IMG/VR virus record: IMGVR_UViG_3300042544_000912
Coordinates: 66,899-130,898 of that record
Direction: 5' to 3' (one strand)
Length of the DNA: 64,000 bases
From: a virus
The position numbers and the translations under genes are program-made. Within the stretch, counting starts at the first letter, position 1, and every line of letters begins with the position of its first letter. The notes below the pieces were generated by a model. The model was not told the origin of the DNA and ran no database searches. It saw only the letters and a program-made list of their open reading frames with translations. Shown one piece after another: positions 63,094 through 64,000 of this stretch.

Positions 63094-64000
63094 ATGTATA
63101 AACTTAAGGTACCTATTGCTGAGTCGAAGTTCGTTGGTGTTGAGCCTGTTTGGGCCGACAGCTATGAGCCTGTAGACTATCAAAGCGAATTCGGCAAGGC
63201 TCTCAACTGGTATAACTACATTGTAGATGCCAAAGACTGTCGTGCCTTTCTCGTTGATTGGTTCAAAGCTGATAAAGAAAAGCTAAAGGCTGTCAGTCAG
63301 GTACCAGATAAGTTTCTACCTCGAACCTATGCCAACACGGCTAGAATTGCCATGCGTGGCTTCCCAGTGAGCGAAGTTCACCAGAACCGCATCTGGGAAA
63401 AGATACAGGAAGTGGTAAACAAGCGCATCAAGTCAGATGATGAAGATGAGTCTGTTGCCGCTCCTGTGGTCAAGGTAGTTAAGCCGGTTAAGTTGGCTTC
63501 TACCTATATCGTTTCGGACGTAAATGACGAAATCGACAATCTTATTGCTGGTGAAGACAATAAGAACATGGCTCAGATTCTTATGCCATATAAGATGAAT
63601 GATAAGCAGTATGCAGACTGTGCCGAAAAGCTCTTGCCTCTTCTGGCAGAATATTCCGAAGTGTTGGAACTTCGTCGGACAGATAGAAAGACTTTGACAG
63701 AAGAACAGATTGAGTTCATGGATTCTTTCCCGTTCTCTGGTATTACAATCATCAAGAAGATTGTCCAGCTTGTCGAAGGTTATGTCAATGACCTCAAGAA
63801 GTCTTTTATCAGTAAGCAGGTTGCTAAAGTTCGTAAGAAGAAGCCCAAAGATAAGACAAAGCTAGTCAAGGCTATTAAGTTCTTGGCAGAAGACCCCAAG
63901 TTCGGTAAGAGCGTTGAACCCATCAACCTTCTTAACTGTAGTGAAGTCTGGACGTTTGATATCAAGACACGTAAGATTTCCAAGTATTATAGCCCAGTCG
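63094..64000 (+). CDS. Hypothetical protein, runs off the right edge (not in the ORF track)
   Basis: MYKLKVPIAESKFVGVEPVW...ALNWYNY... appears open to the end of the window; SD AAGGAG. Confidence 0.7.
   Translation, partial: MYKLKVPIAESKFVGVEPVWADSYEPVDYQSEFGKALNWYNYIVDAKDCRAFLVDWFKADKEKLKAVSQVPDKFLPRTYANTARIAMRGFPVSEVHQNRIWEKIQEVVNKRIKSDDEDESVAAPVVKVVKPVKLASTYIVSDVNDEIDNLIAGEDNKNMAQILMPYKMNDKQYADCAEKLLPLLAEYSEVLELRRTDRKTLTEEQIEFMDSFPFSGITIIKKIVQLVEGYVNDLKKSFISKQVAKVRKKKPKDKTKLVKAIKFLAEDPKFGKSVEPINLLNCSEVWTFDIKTRKISKYYSPV

Noticed and set aside
1-64000. CRISPR array, integrase, transposase or rRNA
   Set aside because: No regularly spaced repeats or matching motifs seen; the only long repeat is the two-copy promoter cassette
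1-64000. Cyanophage identity
   Set aside because: Gene order is cyanophage-like, but no psbA, hli, talC or other cyanobacterial genes occur in this window, and promoter and envelope-gene clues point elsewhere; the rest of the genome is needed to settle it

Overview
A 64-kb segment of a lytic T4-like myophage genome (Tevenvirinae/Kyanoviridae-type gene order, all real genes on the + strand). It runs from fibre genes through the neck, terminase, tail and head module (gp13-gp23, gp3), then uvsY/uvsW, gp55, gp47/46, an accessory block (peptide deformylase, 2OG-Fe(II) oxygenase, ClpP-like protease, HAD enzyme, metallopeptidase-vWA plus MoxR-type AAA+ pair), the replisome (gp45/44/62, regA, hsp20, gp43, uvsX, gp41) and one tRNA-Arg(UCU). 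A late block follows with His-rich enzymes, spanins, two modular polyprotein-like ORFs, Dps and a two-catalytic-domain endolysin, then primase, thyX, an epimerase, a MazG-like protein and nrdAB/glutaredoxin. Two signals stand out. (1) Five sigma70-type promoters carry a GANTC site in exactly the same register, 3 nt upstream of the -10 hexamer; four of them read CGAWTCG. This matches the alphaproteobacterial CcrM/GcrA methylation code and suggests methylation-gated early transcription. (2) Several late proteins have T4 capsid-targeting-like N-termini or are strings of modules separated by hydrophobic-x-Glu motifs, suggesting gp21-processed cargo injected with the DNA. All product names come from motif recognition by eye; no database search was run, and host assignment to Alphaproteobacteria is inference.
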